From the human T2T-CHM13v2.0 reference genome, Homo sapiens, in NCBI RefSeq assembly GCF_009914755.1, contig NC_060925.1: DNA of 64,000 nucleotides, one strand, 5' to 3'. How positions within the stretch are numbered: the first letter of the stretch is position 1; every line of letters begins with the position of its first letter. The notes beneath the pieces are model-generated. The model was not told where the DNA came from. It made no database searches and was given only the letters and a program-made list of their open reading frames with translations. This document shows, piece by piece, positions 62,161-64,000 of the stretch. Both the position numbers and the translations under genes were made by a program.

Positions 62161-62964
62161 AAGGATTACGGCTCATCATAAAGGAACAGGAGAAGGGATG
62201 TAGAAATTCCGAGCAGGAGATTCCTTCTCCATGGAGAAGGTGGCTGGGCAGGACTTGAAAGAATGAGTGGACTCAGGACCTCCCCACATTGAGGGCGGGA
62301 GAAATCAGTCCTGAGCCTCGAAATGAGAACTCCGCATTTTAGGCCATGGCTGAGCGTACACAAGTGCAGGGAAGCTGGGTGGGGAACACTCTCAGTCCCG
62401 GCTGGGCTGGGCTTAATCCCAGATAGAAAATGAATGATTGTCCAACGACCAGCCCTGGGGGCTATGGAGACAAGGACGAGCAAAGCCATGGTCATCCTGA
62501 ACTTACTAAAGACCACGTAGTGAGTGGGTTTTAACTTCAGAATTCCTGGCCAGCTGAATTCTCCACCCAGCAGCCCTTCAGAGGGAGTCTTTTCTGCATC
62601 CCCCATTGATGCTGGAGGATAGGAGAAAAGAAAATCACAAAGCCAGTTGGAAAACCTTCCTACTTTGTCTTTAGTATTAAAGAAATGCAAAGGTGATGAA
62701 TTAGGCAAATTGGTTGATGTCAAGTTGTATCCATCAGAATGATTCAGAGCCCAGAATGAGTAATAGTAATGGGGAATAGCTGTTACTAAGAGTAACCAAA
62801 TTAGCATTATCGAAAAAGACAAAGGAAAAGCAGGCAGCCAGCAGGCACTCTGTCCCTGAGCCTGCCCCTCAGTTTCCACAGCCCAGCTTCTGCATGGAGC
62901 CCACCCTAACTGGGGGGCGGCTTCTTGCCTAAAGCATTCCCTGTGGACTTGGAGCTTTAACAAG

Positions 62965-63170
62965 ATCAAAGAATATTCACATCCATTTTCTTATTTGATC
63001 ACATTCTTAGCAGGCCAGTGACATTGGCTCCATTTCACAGCTAGGGATCCGAAGCTCAGAGAAGTGAAAAGGTCTGCCCAGTGTCATGGTCACATAGCTG
63101 GTAAGTAACAAAAACCTAGCTTTCAACTCAGGACTCGTGAATCTTAATCCAGGACTTAAGTGCCTGTACT
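62965..63170 (-). mobile_element. MIR
   Basis: ccatttcacagctaggg...agctcagagaagtgaa...ggtcacatagctggtaagt. Confidence 0.65.
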
Positions 63171-63551
63171 TTCTACAGAACGTCCATTTAAAAAAAGAAA
63201 AAAAAAAAAGGACCTACTTTTTTTCTTTAGCCATTCATTAGCAGTCAAAAGTAGGAGCTAGGTGGATGCGTGGAGAGGGGAAAGGGAAGAATATGAAAGA
63301 ACTCTACAGGAGGATCACAGCTCCACAAAACCTCCCAGTGGGCCCGGACCAAGGTGCCTGGGTCTGCTGGACATGTTTAGGATGCTTGACCTCTGCCGGC
63401 CTTTTGAGCTCAAGAAGTCTTGCTTTGTGCCAAGTGACCCCACCACATTCCGTTACAGCCAATTGGCCTAAGGCAGCCCCTGAACCATCAAGGGCAGCTG
63501 GTCCACAGGTCAGCCACAAAAGATGACCAGGACCAGATCCCCTCTGTATCA

Positions 63552-63903
<352 letters not shown>

Positions 63904-64000
63904 CTAGCAGGAACATGGTGCACAGCTGGGTGTGTTCACTTCCTGGGGCAGCCAGGACACATGAGCACACATTGGGTGCCTTAGAACAAGACAAACATCT

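Noticed and set aside
62166-62969. Longest non-viral ORF (267 aa, - strand)
   Set aside because: It has a non-ATG start, no recognisable domain and a random-looking composition, so it is most likely a chance ORF.

Overview
This is repeat-dense primate genomic DNA, probably human or another great ape, and I cannot support any cellular protein-coding exon in it. Positions 1-29 kb are a nested stack of + strand LINE-1s (old L1M, an L1MA fused to U6 snRNA, a near-full-length L1PB) carrying THE1, MST, MLT1, Alu and MER58 insertions. At 38349-44016 is a complete 5.67-kb HERV-H provirus with two 413-bp LTR7up-like LTRs, a His PBS and a CATAC target-site duplication (TSD). The rest is Alu, L2, MIR, L1M, MER47 and MER20 with unique islands. 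I found no new multi-gene system. The best leads are the HERV-H, the U6-L1 chimera, several template-switch or duplication scars, a 44-bp retroposed insert of unknown origin, and a 37-bp dispersed duplicate in a homeodomain-motif-rich island near 58.3-59.4 kb. Repeat subfamily names are from memory of consensus sequences and need RepeatMasker/Dfam confirmation.
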